From positions 2,558-66,557 of the forward strand of contig CAYLPU010000013.1 of assembly GCA_964385635.1 (NCBI GenBank): a stretch of 64,000 nt of DNA, written 5' to 3'. This document shows positions 28,049 to 37,060 of this stretch, piece after piece. The stretch comes from an uncultured Anaerolineales bacterium (GTDB lineage Bacteria > Chloroflexota > Anaerolineae > B4-G1). Position numbers and translations under genes: made by a program. Below the pieces are notes generated by a model. The model did no database searches, was not told where the DNA came from, and worked only from the letters and a program-made list of their open reading frames with translations. The first letter of the stretch is position 1, and each line of letters begins with the position of its first letter.

Positions 28049-28704
28049 ATGTGGACTGTGCAGCGGTGGCCGGTGTTGGCCTGGCAGGCAACGGGCACGT
28101 CGCGGGGCGGCTCGACTCCCCAGGCGCGCAGGTAGCGGGTAAGATGGCAGAGGGGAAGCCCCATCACGTTGGCGTAACAACCCTGTACCTCGGCAACAGG
28201 ATGAAAGCCGGGATGCTGGATAGCGTAAGCGCCGGCCTTGTCCAAAGGGTCGCCACTGGCGACGTAAGCGGCGATTTCAGCGTCGCTGTAGGCGCGCATC
28301 GCCAGCCGGGTTTCGGCTACGTCGGTCAATGCGTGGCCGGTGGCTGTCTCCAGCAGGGTGACGGCGCTATATACGGCGTGGTGTCGCCCACGCAGGCGGC
28401 GCAGCATCGTGGTCGCCTCGGCCGCGTCGCGCGGCTTGCCCAGGAGTGCACCGTCCAGCGCGACGACAGTATCACAGGTGATGACGATCGTTTCGGCACA
28501 TGCGGCGCCTCTTCGGCCTCGCTCAGAGCAGGCGGCGCGGGCCTTGGCCTGGCTCAGCCGGGTGACCAGCGCGGCTGGCGGCTCACCCGACCGGGGGACC
28601 TCGGCCACGTTCGCCACGGTGACCTCGAAGGGCAGCCCCAGCAGCGCCAGCAATTCGCGGCGGCGAGGGGATTGGGAAGCCAGCAGCAGGCGCGGCTCGC
28701 TCAT
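28033..28704 (-). CDS. maf: Maf-family nucleoside triphosphate pyrophosphatase
   Basis: MSEPRLLLASQSPRRRELL and DKAGAYAIQ. Start at the ATG 28704; the ORF-track extension is unsupported. Cys/His-containing C-terminal tail. Confidence 0.85.
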   Translation of the reverse strand: MSEPRLLLASQSPRRRELLALLGLPFEVTVANVAEVPRSGEPPAALVTRLSQAKARAACSERGRRGAACAETIVITCDTVVALDGALLGKPRDAAEATTMLRRLRGRHHAVYSAVTLLETATGHALTDVAETRLAMRAYSDAEIAAYVASGDPLDKAGAYAIQHPGFHPVAEVQGCYANVMGLPLCHLTRYLRAWGVEPPRDVPVACQANTGHRCTVHMTNDE

Positions 28705-28782
28705 AGTGAACGCTATTGTAACATACGTGGTGCAATTGTAAAGAGCCGTCAGATGGACCTGGACATCCACACGCGGGACCGG

Positions 28783-29097
28783 CTATCTCATAGAGGCCAG
28801 TGCCTCCTCCAGGCGGCTGAGGGCCGCCCTGAGAGTGACGGCAAAGTCGGCCGGCAGCGGGAGCCCTTCCTGCGCTGCCCTCTTGAGTGGGTCTTCAATC
28901 TCACGGGCCAGGGCGGTCAATTCATCGTAGCCCATCGTGTCCGAGTCGCCCTTGAGCGTGTGGGCGGCACGATAGGCTGCCTCTGTCCCCCCGGGATCGA
29001 GGCCACCGGCTTCGAGCCGTGCCAGTTGCCGTTGCAATTCCTCCAGGCACTGTCCTGCTTCTGTGACGTAAATCGTCTGATAGGCTGATAGATCCAT
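28783..29097 (-). CDS. Hpt (histidine phosphotransfer) domain protein
   Basis: 104 aa with AAHTLKGDS (HxxKG phospho-His motif). Confidence 0.8.
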   Translation of the reverse strand: MDLSAYQTIYVTEAGQCLEELQRQLARLEAGGLDPGGTEAAYRAAHTLKGDSDTMGYDELTALAREIEDPLKRAAQEGLPLPADFAVTLRAALSRLEEALASMR

Positions 29098-29127
29098 CGT
29101 ACAACACCTTCACTGATATGGGGGGCG

Positions 29128-29156
29128 GTAGGGGCGAGTCTCAGACTCGCCCCTAC
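29128..29156. repeat. 29-nt perfect palindrome GTAGGGGCGAGTCTCAGACTCGCCCCTAC (copy 2)
   Basis: Identical to 2872-2900. Lies in the 75-nt gap between the kinase stop and the Hpt start. Confidence 0.8.
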
Positions 29157-29172
29157 TCCTGCTATAATTATT

Positions 29173-32100
29173 TCACTGTCGTAGTGCCTCCAGGCGACGC
29201 AGTTGCGCCAGTATAGATTGCGGAGTGAGCCCGCTCTTGCGCATCAGCCCCTGAATGTGACCGTCGAGAAGTTCGCGTTCCTCTGCGCTCACGTCCTTGG
29301 CAGTTAGCACGATGACCGGGATGTCCACTGTTTCGGCGTCGGCCCGGAGTTTCTCCAGCACCTCAAAGCCGCTCATCCCCGGCATCAGCAAGTCCAGCAG
29401 GATCACGTCGGGGTGCTCACCGCGGGCTAAGGTCAGTCCCTGCTTGCCGTCGTATGCCGCGAGCAACGTGTAACTCTCAGCCGGTAGCATTTGCTGCAGC
29501 AACTTGATCACCCCGGGGTCGTCGTCCACAGCCAGGACGGTGACGTGCCGTGTGAGGGGGTCAGGCGCTGCCAGCCGGTCAAGCAGCCTGTGCAGGTCCT
29601 CCCGCCGTATCGGTTTGATCAAGTAATCCACCGCTCCCAGGCTGAACGCCAACTCACCGTCTTCCAGCGCCGAAATGATCAGCACCGGGATGTCCTTGGT
29701 CTGTGGGTCTGACTTGAGGGCACGTAGCACCTCCCAACCGTCTTGATCGGGGAGCATGATGTCAAGCGTGATGAAGGCGGGTCTCAACTCATGGGCCCGA
29801 TCCAGCACACCCACGCCGTTGTAGTGCGGAACGGGTGTGTAGCCCTCCTGACGCAGGTAGAAGGCCAGGAGATCGCTGAATTGATGATCATCCTCGACCA
29901 CCAGCACCGTCTTGTTGCCCGAAGGCGGCGCAGTTTCTCCAGCCGCATCCGGTTCTGCAGCCGGTGGGCCGGCGAGCGGAAGCAAGATTGAGAAGGTCGC
30001 CCCGTGCCCATACTCGCTTTCGACCCAGATGCGGCCTCCGTGCATCTCGATCAGCCGCTTGCTGATGGCCAACCCCAGCCCGGTGCCTGTCATCTCCCGC
30101 GCTGCCGAGCCATCTGCCTGGCGGAACTCCTCAAAGACGATCTCCTGATCCTCCGGCTTGATCCCGATGCCGGTGTCCGCTATGGAGAAGAGCATCGTGG
30201 CCGGGTCGGCCAGGCAGCAGGAGAGGGTGATGTGCCCCTCGACAGGGGTGAACTTATAACTGTTGCTGAGCAGGTTGAGCAACACCTGCTTGACCCGGAA
30301 CCGGTCGGCAGTCAGTGGCGGCAAATCATCGGCCTGTTCTATCGTCAGCACCTGCGACTTCTTTTGGATCATCGGCGCAACCGTCATCTGCACTTCCGCC
30401 AGCAGCCCCGTCACGTCAAAAGCCGTCTGCTCCAGTTCCATACGCCCGGCCTCGATCTTGGAGAGGTCGAGGATGTCGTTGATCAGGGACAGGAGATGGT
30501 GTCCGCTGGAGCGGATGTTTTCTAAGCATTCCTTTTGATCAGGGGTTACCTGGCCCACAAACCCATCAATCAGCACCTCGGAGAAGCCGATGACAGAGTT
30601 GAGCGGGGTGCGGAGTTCGTGGCTCATGTTGGCGAGGAACTGGCTCTTGAGCCGGTCTAGTTCCTGCAAGCGGACGTTGGCCTCCTCCAGCGCCTCCGCC
30701 CGCTGCTGCAACTCGATCCCGACCGCCTCCACCTCCTCGAACAACCGGGCCCGCTCCACGAGCACAGCCAGGTTACTGGCCAATGTGTTCAATAGCCTCT
30801 GGTCGTCGTCCGTGAAGGCGTTGGGTTGAGGGCTCTCGACGTTGAGGACGCCGATGACCGACCGGCCGATGCGCATGGGAACGCACAGTTCGGAGCGGAC
30901 GTCGGGGACCCCTTCGACGTAGCGGGGGTCCAGGCGCACGTCGGGCACCAGGGCAGGCTCGCCGTGCTGTGCCACCCAGCCGGTGATCCCCTCGCCCAGT
31001 TGCAGGCGCAGATTCTTGATCGCATCCGGTGGATAGCCAACACTGGCCTCCATGTGCAACAAACCGCTCTCTGGCTCCAGCAGCATGAGTGCGACGTGCG
31101 TGCTCTCTAACTGGGAGGCCAGGGCAACCGCTGCGGCCTGCAGGGTCTCCTCCAGGCGCACGCCAGAGGCGGCGGCCATCCCCACTTCGTGGAGTAACTG
31201 CAGTTCGCGCACTCGACGCTGGGTCTCCTCGAACAACCGGGCCTGTTCAATGAGCACAGCCAGGTTGCTGGCCAGCGTGCTCAGCAGCCGCTGGTCATCG
31301 TCCGTGAAGGTGTTGGGTTGAGGGCTCTCGACGTTGAGGACGCCGATAACTTGTGAGCCTGCGACCAGGGGGACGCATAGTTCGGAACGGATATCAGGGA
31401 TCTCTTCGTAATAGCGGGGGTCCAGCCGCACGTCGGGCACCAGGGCAGGCTCGCCGTGCTGTACCACCCAATCGGTGATTCCTTTTCCAGATGGAATGCG
31501 CAGACCATGCATTCCGTCTGGGAGATAGCCGATAGCAGCCTTCTGGTATAATACGCCGCTCTCTTGATCCAATAGCGCAATCCCCACATGGAGGTCTCCT
31601 AACTCGGCAGCCAGGGCCTTCACTGTGGCCTGCAGGGTCTCCTCCAGGCGCACGCCAGAGGCGGCGGCCGTCCCCACTTCGTGGAGTAACTGCAGTTCGC
31701 GCACCCGCTGGCGGGCCTGCTCGTACAGCCGACCGTTCTCCAGCGCCACGCCGATCTGCTGGCCGATGGCGGTCAGAAGCGCGTAGTCGGCCTCAGAAAC
31801 GGGGTGGGGCGCAGTGCCGAACAGGCAGAAGGTGCCCAGAGCGCGATCTTTATGGACAATCGGTGCACCCATGTAGGACTGCAACCCCGCCTTCAACAGC
31901 CTGCTCACTTCCACCGGTGCATCTTCGTGCAGGTCCCCCAGCCCCAGGATCTTCCCTTCCCGGTACACGAACTCGCACAACGAGCCACTCAAGCCATGGG
32001 TTTCCAGATGTTCGACGAAGGGCCGTGGCAAATCCGTGTAACTGAAAAGCACCAGATCGCCCGTGCATTCATCGGCCAGAGCGACCAGGCCGCCCGCGAA

Positions 32101-35100
32101 GCCCAGCGCCTGGACGGTGCGTGAGAGAGCCCGGTCCAGGATGTCCTGCAACTCGAGCGAAGTGGACAGGGCCTCGGCCACCGAGTTGAGCGCGGCCAGT
32201 TCCCGGTTGCGGCGTGAGATTTCCGCCTCCGCCCGCTTGCGCTCGGTCATATCGGTGGTGAAGCCAATCATGCGAACGGGATTTCCGGCCTCGTCCCAAA
32301 GTGCCTGTCCCCTGGCACGGAACCAACGATACTCGCCCGATTTGGTGCGTAGTCGCTGCTCCACGTCGTATAGCCCTCGATCCTTCAAGTGAGCTTCTAT
32401 TGCTGCCCCCGTGTGCTCTCTGTCGTCTGGATGCAGGTGTGATTCAAACGTGTCAAAGTCAACCTCGAGTTCATCATCAGCATATCCAAGCAACTCCTTG
32501 AAACGCGGAGACCAGTAGAGCGAGTTGTTTTGAATATCCCAGTCCCATAACCCGTCATTCGAACCGCGCACGGCCAGGGCAAACCGCTCTTCACTGACTC
32601 GCAATGCCTCCTCCGCCCGCTTGCGCTCGGTCAATTCTTGCTGCGCCTGCTCGTACAGCCGCGCGTTCTCTATGGCCACGGCGATCTGATCCGCCAGGGT
32701 CTCCATGGCTGTGAGGTCTGTCTCGTCGAAGGCGTTCAATTGGGTGTCCTGAACGTCGAGCACGCCGATGACCCGGCCGGCCAGTCTGAGCGGCACGCAC
32801 AACTCTGACCCTGCCGACGTCTCTTCCAGGAAGCCGGGGATGTAGCGCGGTTCCTGGCTCACGTCGTTGGACAGGAGCGGCTGGCCGGTCTCGGCTGTCC
32901 AACCGATCATCCCCACCCCCACCGCCTGGCGGTATTCTTCCGCCGCCACGTCCTTGAAGCCGCCAGACATAGCCACCCTCTCCATCTCGCTGGCCGCTTC
33001 ATCGAGCAGGAAGAGGGACACGGTATGGTACTCGAAGCCTCGCTGAATGGCAGCGACGATCTCCTGTAGAAGCCGGTCTGGGTCCAAGATCGAGGCGGCC
33101 TGCCGGGCCACCTGGTTGACCACGGTCAACTGGGTGACTCGTTTCTGTTCCGCCTCGTACATCCGTACGTTGCGGATGGCGATGGCGGCCTGAGTGGCGA
33201 GCAGACTCAGCAGTTCGGCGTCGGCTGGGGTGAAGGTACGCGGCGGGGCGGCGTGCACCTGCAAGACGCCCAAGAACTTGTCGCCCCAGCGGACCGGCAC
33301 GCCGACGATGGCCGCGAAGGGGTAGTCCTTATAGACAGCGGCCTGTCCCTCCCAATGCTGGTAATCGTCCACGATGAGCGGCTTGCCGGTCTCCCAGACC
33401 TTGCCGGAGAGACCCTCACCCCGGCGGATGACCGGATTGCCGGGCACCGGATTGGGGCTGATGGACGCAGTCCACTCCAGCACATCCCGCTCCGGCTGGT
33501 AGAGGTCAATGCCTCCCGTAGTACCCCCCAGCAGTTCGATGGCCCGCGAGACGATAGAGCGGAGAAGCGCATCCAGGTTCAACTGGGCGGTGAGTTCCAG
33601 TCCCACCTGCTGCAGCGCCTCCAACTGGGTCGTCCGTTGCCGGATATCCTCCTCTGTCCGCTTGCGCTCGGTGATGTCGCGGACAACACCCCGGAACCCA
33701 ACATGCTTGCCTGTGGGATCTCTTATCAGAGATACAGACGCCTCAACGAACCTCTTGGTCCCGTCTTTTCTGATGACCTCCCAATCGAATACTTCAGCCG
33801 GTTTCCTTGTTCGGTAGACCGTATTGAAGGTTTGATACACTTCACTGGCGTCCTCGTCGTCCATGTACCCTCGGTTATTCATGCCCATCAATTCATCTTT
33901 GGGATATCCAAGGAGCTTGCACAACGAATCGTTGAAAAACGTAAAGTTTCCGGCAATGTCAACTTCGAAATAGCCGTCTTCGATGTTCTCGAGAATGGTT
34001 CGATATTTCTCCTCGCTCTCCCGCAGCGCCTCCTCCGCCCGCTTGCGCGCGGTGATATCGCGGATAACACCCCGGAACCCAACAGGCTCGCCTGTGGGAT
34101 CTCTTATCAGAGACACAGACGCCTCAACGAACCTCTTGGTCCCGTCTTTTCTGATGACCTCCCAATCGAATACTTCAGCCGGTTTCCTTGTTCGGTAGAC
34201 CGTATTGAAGGTTTGATACACTTCACTGGCGTCCTCGTCGTCCATGTACCCTCGGTTATTCATGCCCATCAATTCATCTTTGGGATATCCAAGGAGCTTG
34301 CACAACGAATCGTTGAAAAACGTAAAGTTTCCGGCAATGTCAACTTCGAAATAGCCGTCTTCGATGTTCTCGAGAATGGTTCGATATTTCTCCTCGCTCT
34401 CCCGCAGCGCCTCCTCCGCCCGCTTGCGCTCGGTGATATCCTCACCGATGCTCATTGTGCCCACCGGATTCCCACTCTCGTCCAATAGCAGCGTGTTGTT
34501 CCAGGCGATCAGCCGTTCTTCGCCCTCCCTGGTTAGAATGGGGTTCTCGTAGTGGGGATGAATCCCAGCCTCCAGGATCTCGCTGAACACCGTGCCCACT
34601 GCAGGATGATCTCTTTCCGGGATGAAGGTCTGGAACCAATCCTTCCCCAGCACCTCGTCGAGCGTGTACCCCGCCAGTTCCAGGAGATGGGGGTTGGCAT
34701 AGGCTACGTTACCTTCCTGATCCAGGCCCACGGTGACCAGCCTTACGTTGTCCAGCAGAGTCTGGAAACGACGCTCGGCCTCTTGTAGTTTTGACTCTGC
34801 CCGCTTGCGCTCGGTGAGACTCCTCTCCAACTTCTGCATCAACGTACCCTTGCGCCAGGCGGCGGCCATCTGGTGGGCGAAGGCGGTGATCGCCGGTACG
34901 TCGTTTTCGGTCAGATCATCCGACTGCACCGAGAGCACACCGATGACCTTATCCTCCACGATGAGAGGGACGGCGATGGCTCTCGGGATTCTCAACATTC
35001 TAACCATTTGCCCGGCGAACCTTTTGACGGGCTCAGGTAATATCTGCCGTGTTGCCTCTTCCGCATTCTCCAGAAAGACGGTATTCCTCTCCCAGACCAC

Positions 35101-35775
35101 CTCTCTGTACAGGTCTACAGTTTCGACAGGCATGGAGAAGTCCTCTGTCTTAAGGCCCACCAGTTTCTCGGCCGCCTTGATCGCTCTGGCCGCGTAGCCC
35201 AAATACCTGGGGAACAGCCTGGTCTGGCTCTCGTCTGTGAGGAAAATCACACAGGATAGATCGAGCGTCTTGAACTCTTCGGCAACTGCAGCGAATATCT
35301 CTTCCGGTGTCAGGGCCTGCCCCATAGCCAGAGCCGCCTGGTTCAGCGCTTGCAGCAAGCGCTCCGCCCGCTGCTCCTCTTCAGCAAGCCGCTGCTGGCG
35401 GAGAGCCCGCTCAATCGCAGAGGGCAGCAATTTGAGGTACTCCCCCTCCACGTCCTTGACGATGTAATCGCTCGTGCCAAGTTTCATCGCCTCCACCGCG
35501 ATCTGCTCGTTACCGGTGCCGGTGACCATGATCGTGGGTGGCAGCGGACCTCGGGAAGCCAGAAAACGAAGCACCTCCAGCCCGTCATGGACGGGCATCG
35601 TCTGGTCCACGGCCACTACGTCGTAGGAGCCTGTCTCGTACATGGCCAGACTCTCTTCACCGTCGCGGGCGATGTCTACGACGTAGCCGGCTTGTTCCAG
35701 CCTCTTCTGGAAAAGACGTGCCGATCCTGGATCGTCTTCCATATAGAGGATGCGGATGGCTTTGGATTTAGACAT
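29173..35775 (-). CDS. 2200-aa hybrid sensor histidine kinase (REC-GAF-PAS x3-GAF x2-PAS-GAF x3-HisKA-HATPase-REC-REC)
   Basis: N-terminal REC (ILYMEDD..VAVDQTMP). Repeated RKRAEEAL S-helix linkers between PAS/GAF modules. H-box MSHELRTPLNSVIGFSE, then DTGIGI and GTGLGLAI. Two C-terminal REC domains (VLVVEDD..LDIMLPDQDG..DYLIKP and VLAVDDD..LDLLMPGMSG). GGGGAG SD. Confidence 0.9.
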   Translation of the reverse strand: MSKSKAIRILYMEDDPGSARLFQKRLEQAGYVVDIARDGEESLAMYETGSYDVVAVDQTMPVHDGLEVLRFLASRGPLPPTIMVTGTGNEQIAVEAMKLGTSDYIVKDVEGEYLKLLPSAIERALRQQRLAEEEQRAERLLQALNQAALAMGQALTPEEIFAAVAEEFKTLDLSCVIFLTDESQTRLFPRYLGYAARAIKAAEKLVGLKTEDFSMPVETVDLYREVVWERNTVFLENAEEATRQILPEPVKRFAGQMVRMLRIPRAIAVPLIVEDKVIGVLSVQSDDLTENDVPAITAFAHQMAAAWRKGTLMQKLERSLTERKRAESKLQEAERRFQTLLDNVRLVTVGLDQEGNVAYANPHLLELAGYTLDEVLGKDWFQTFIPERDHPAVGTVFSEILEAGIHPHYENPILTREGEERLIAWNNTLLLDESGNPVGTMSIGEDITERKRAEEALRESEEKYRTILENIEDGYFEVDIAGNFTFFNDSLCKLLGYPKDELMGMNNRGYMDDEDASEVYQTFNTVYRTRKPAEVFDWEVIRKDGTKRFVEASVSLIRDPTGEPVGFRGVIRDITARKRAEEALRESEEKYRTILENIEDGYFEVDIAGNFTFFNDSLCKLLGYPKDELMGMNNRGYMDDEDASEVYQTFNTVYRTRKPAEVFDWEVIRKDGTKRFVEASVSLIRDPTGKHVGFRGVVRDITERKRTEEDIRQRTTQLEALQQVGLELTAQLNLDALLRSIVSRAIELLGGTTGGIDLYQPERDVLEWTASISPNPVPGNPVIRRGEGLSGKVWETGKPLIVDDYQHWEGQAAVYKDYPFAAIVGVPVRWGDKFLGVLQVHAAPPRTFTPADAELLSLLATQAAIAIRNVRMYEAEQKRVTQLTVVNQVARQAASILDPDRLLQEIVAAIQRGFEYHTVSLFLLDEAASEMERVAMSGGFKDVAAEEYRQAVGVGMIGWTAETGQPLLSNDVSQEPRYIPGFLEETSAGSELCVPLRLAGRVIGVLDVQDTQLNAFDETDLTAMETLADQIAVAIENARLYEQAQQELTERKRAEEALRVSEERFALAVRGSNDGLWDWDIQNNSLYWSPRFKELLGYADDELEVDFDTFESHLHPDDREHTGAAIEAHLKDRGLYDVEQRLRTKSGEYRWFRARGQALWDEAGNPVRMIGFTTDMTERKRAEAEISRRNRELAALNSVAEALSTSLELQDILDRALSRTVQALGFAGGLVALADECTGDLVLFSYTDLPRPFVEHLETHGLSGSLCEFVYREGKILGLGDLHEDAPVEVSRLLKAGLQSYMGAPIVHKDRALGTFCLFGTAPHPVSEADYALLTAIGQQIGVALENGRLYEQARQRVRELQLLHEVGTAAASGVRLEETLQATVKALAAELGDLHVGIALLDQESGVLYQKAAIGYLPDGMHGLRIPSGKGITDWVVQHGEPALVPDVRLDPRYYEEIPDIRSELCVPLVAGSQVIGVLNVESPQPNTFTDDDQRLLSTLASNLAVLIEQARLFEETQRRVRELQLLHEVGMAAASGVRLEETLQAAAVALASQLESTHVALMLLEPESGLLHMEASVGYPPDAIKNLRLQLGEGITGWVAQHGEPALVPDVRLDPRYVEGVPDVRSELCVPMRIGRSVIGVLNVESPQPNAFTDDDQRLLNTLASNLAVLVERARLFEEVEAVGIELQQRAEALEEANVRLQELDRLKSQFLANMSHELRTPLNSVIGFSEVLIDGFVGQVTPDQKECLENIRSSGHHLLSLINDILDLSKIEAGRMELEQTAFDVTGLLAEVQMTVAPMIQKKSQVLTIEQADDLPPLTADRFRVKQVLLNLLSNSYKFTPVEGHITLSCCLADPATMLFSIADTGIGIKPEDQEIVFEEFRQADGSAAREMTGTGLGLAISKRLIEMHGGRIWVESEYGHGATFSILLPLAGPPAAEPDAAGETAPPSGNKTVLVVEDDHQFSDLLAFYLRQEGYTPVPHYNGVGVLDRAHELRPAFITLDIMLPDQDGWEVLRALKSDPQTKDIPVLIISALEDGELAFSLGAVDYLIKPIRREDLHRLLDRLAAPDPLTRHVTVLAVDDDPGVIKLLQQMLPAESYTLLAAYDGKQGLTLARGEHPDVILLDLLMPGMSGFEVLEKLRADAETVDIPVIVLTAKDVSAEERELLDGHIQGLMRKSGLTPQSILAQLRRLEALRQ
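30733..31716. repeat. tandem duplication of a GAF module inside the kinase gene (2 x 492 nt, boundaries approximate)
   Basis: The anchor TTGGGTTGAGGGCTCTCGACGTTGAGGACGCCGAT occurs at 30821 and 31313. The protein halves RVRELQLLHEVG(T/M)AAASGVRLEETLQA...LFEE are highly similar. Confidence 0.8.
33661..34422. repeat. near-identical tandem duplication of a PAS module inside the kinase gene (2 x 381 nt)
   Basis: Copy 1 is 33661-34041 and copy 2 is 34042-34422. By eye there are about 6 mismatches, all within the first ~90 nt, and the remaining ~290 nt are identical. Confidence 0.9.
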
Positions 35776-35858
35776 GACATTTACTCCCCGGCCGGTATTT
35801 GCTACCGGAAGTTTCTATCAATCTGTGTCTCCGTCGGGCGAAATCTTCTCCTCCTCCG

Positions 35859-37058
35859 TTGGGCGAGGTCTCCGACCCTTGTTGGGCGAGGTCTCCGACC
35901 GAGCCCCACGGCAGCGGTCAGGAGACCTTGCCGAACAGTTCCTACCACGGCAGCGGTCAGGAGACCTTGCCGAACAGTTTCTCCCACGGCGGCGGTCGGG
36001 AGACCTTGCCGAACCCCCGACTTGTTGGGCGAAGGTCTCTGACCGAGCCCTCTTCTACCATTCCACTGGCGTTAGAATGACCTCGGACTCGCCTCCCTCC
36101 AACCAATACGCAGCAGACGAGAAACGCCAATGGCGCGCTTCTCGCACCAGTCCCTTTCGGCATGGGTTGTCGTGAATGTAGCCGGACTTCTGTCGCCAGA
36201 AAGCCCGAGTGTAAATCGCTTCAGGATGCGTGCCGGCCTGCCAGAAGCGATGTTGGCGGTCCTTCCCGGCCGCATTCCGTAACGTACTGGCAAAACACGC
36301 CGGCATTTGAGAGACGCAGTGGTCGGTAAGCTGCCGGCCCGTATACTTACGCAGGTCTGCCAGCGTCTGTCGTAAGCGGTCGGTGTCAAAGTCCTCATCG
36401 AACAGGATGGCGTGAAGATGAGTGGGCATAATCACATAGGTATTGATCCGCAGATGCTTACGTTTATGGCAGAAATTGAGGCTGTCGGTGACAATGCAAC
36501 AAGGTTCCTCAGCGATGAAAACAGGCAACCACTCGACGACACTGAAGGTGACGAAGTAGAGAGCATATTCTTGAACAATTCGGTAGCGTGCCATTTGTCC
36601 TCCACGGCGGCGGTCAGGAGACCTTGCCGAACCCCGACTTGTTGGGCGAGGGTCTCTGACCGAGCCCCACGGCGGCGGTCAGGAGACCTTGCCGAACCCC
36701 GACTTGTTGGGCGAGGTCTCTGACCGAGCTCCACGGCGGCGGTCAGGAGACCTTGCCGAACCCCCGACTTGTTGGGCGAGGGTCTCTGACCGAGCTCCAC
36801 GGCGGCGGTCAGGAGACCTTGCCGAACCCCCGACTTGTTGGGCGAGGGTCTCTGACCGAGCTCCACGGCGGCGGTCAGGAGACCTTGCCGAACCCCCGAG
36901 TTGTTGGGCGAGGTCTCCGACCGAGCCCCACGGCGGCGGTCAGGAGACCTTGCCGAACCCCGACTTGTTGGGCGAGGTCTCTGACCGAGCTCCACGGCGG
37001 CGGTCAGGAGACCTTGCCGAACCCCCGAGTTGTTGGGCGAGGTCTCCGACCGAGCCCT
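35859..37058 (-). mobile_element. REP-hairpin array with embedded RAYT-type transposase gene
   Basis: 7 full 64-66-nt units at 36595-37058 and 3 degenerate or half units at 35859-36048, all in one orientation, flanking ORF 36055-36594. Each unit contains a 17-bp hairpin GGCGAGGTCTC-TGACCG / CGGTCAGGAGACCTTGCC. Confidence 0.75.
36055..36594 (-). CDS. REP-associated tyrosine transposase (IS200/IS605 TnpA-like Y1 HUH enzyme)
   Basis: 179 aa with the HUH motif in VIMPTHLHAIL and the catalytic Tyr context SGYIHDNPCRKGLV. Flanked on both sides by the hairpin repeats. Confidence 0.8.
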   Translation of the reverse strand: MARYRIVQEYALYFVTFSVVEWLPVFIAEEPCCIVTDSLNFCHKRKHLRINTYVIMPTHLHAILFDEDFDTDRLRQTLADLRKYTGRQLTDHCVSQMPACFASTLRNAAGKDRQHRFWQAGTHPEAIYTRAFWRQKSGYIHDNPCRKGLVREARHWRFSSAAYWLEGGESEVILTPVEW

Positions 37059-37060
37059 CA

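Noticed and set aside
36595-37058. Regular ~65-nt periodic array that looks CRISPR-like at first glance
   Set aside because: Both the 'repeat' and the 'spacer' portions are conserved from unit to unit, so there are no unique spacers. The period varies between 64 and 66 nt and no cas genes are present. The array flanks a Y1 transposase, which fits REP/RAYT instead.
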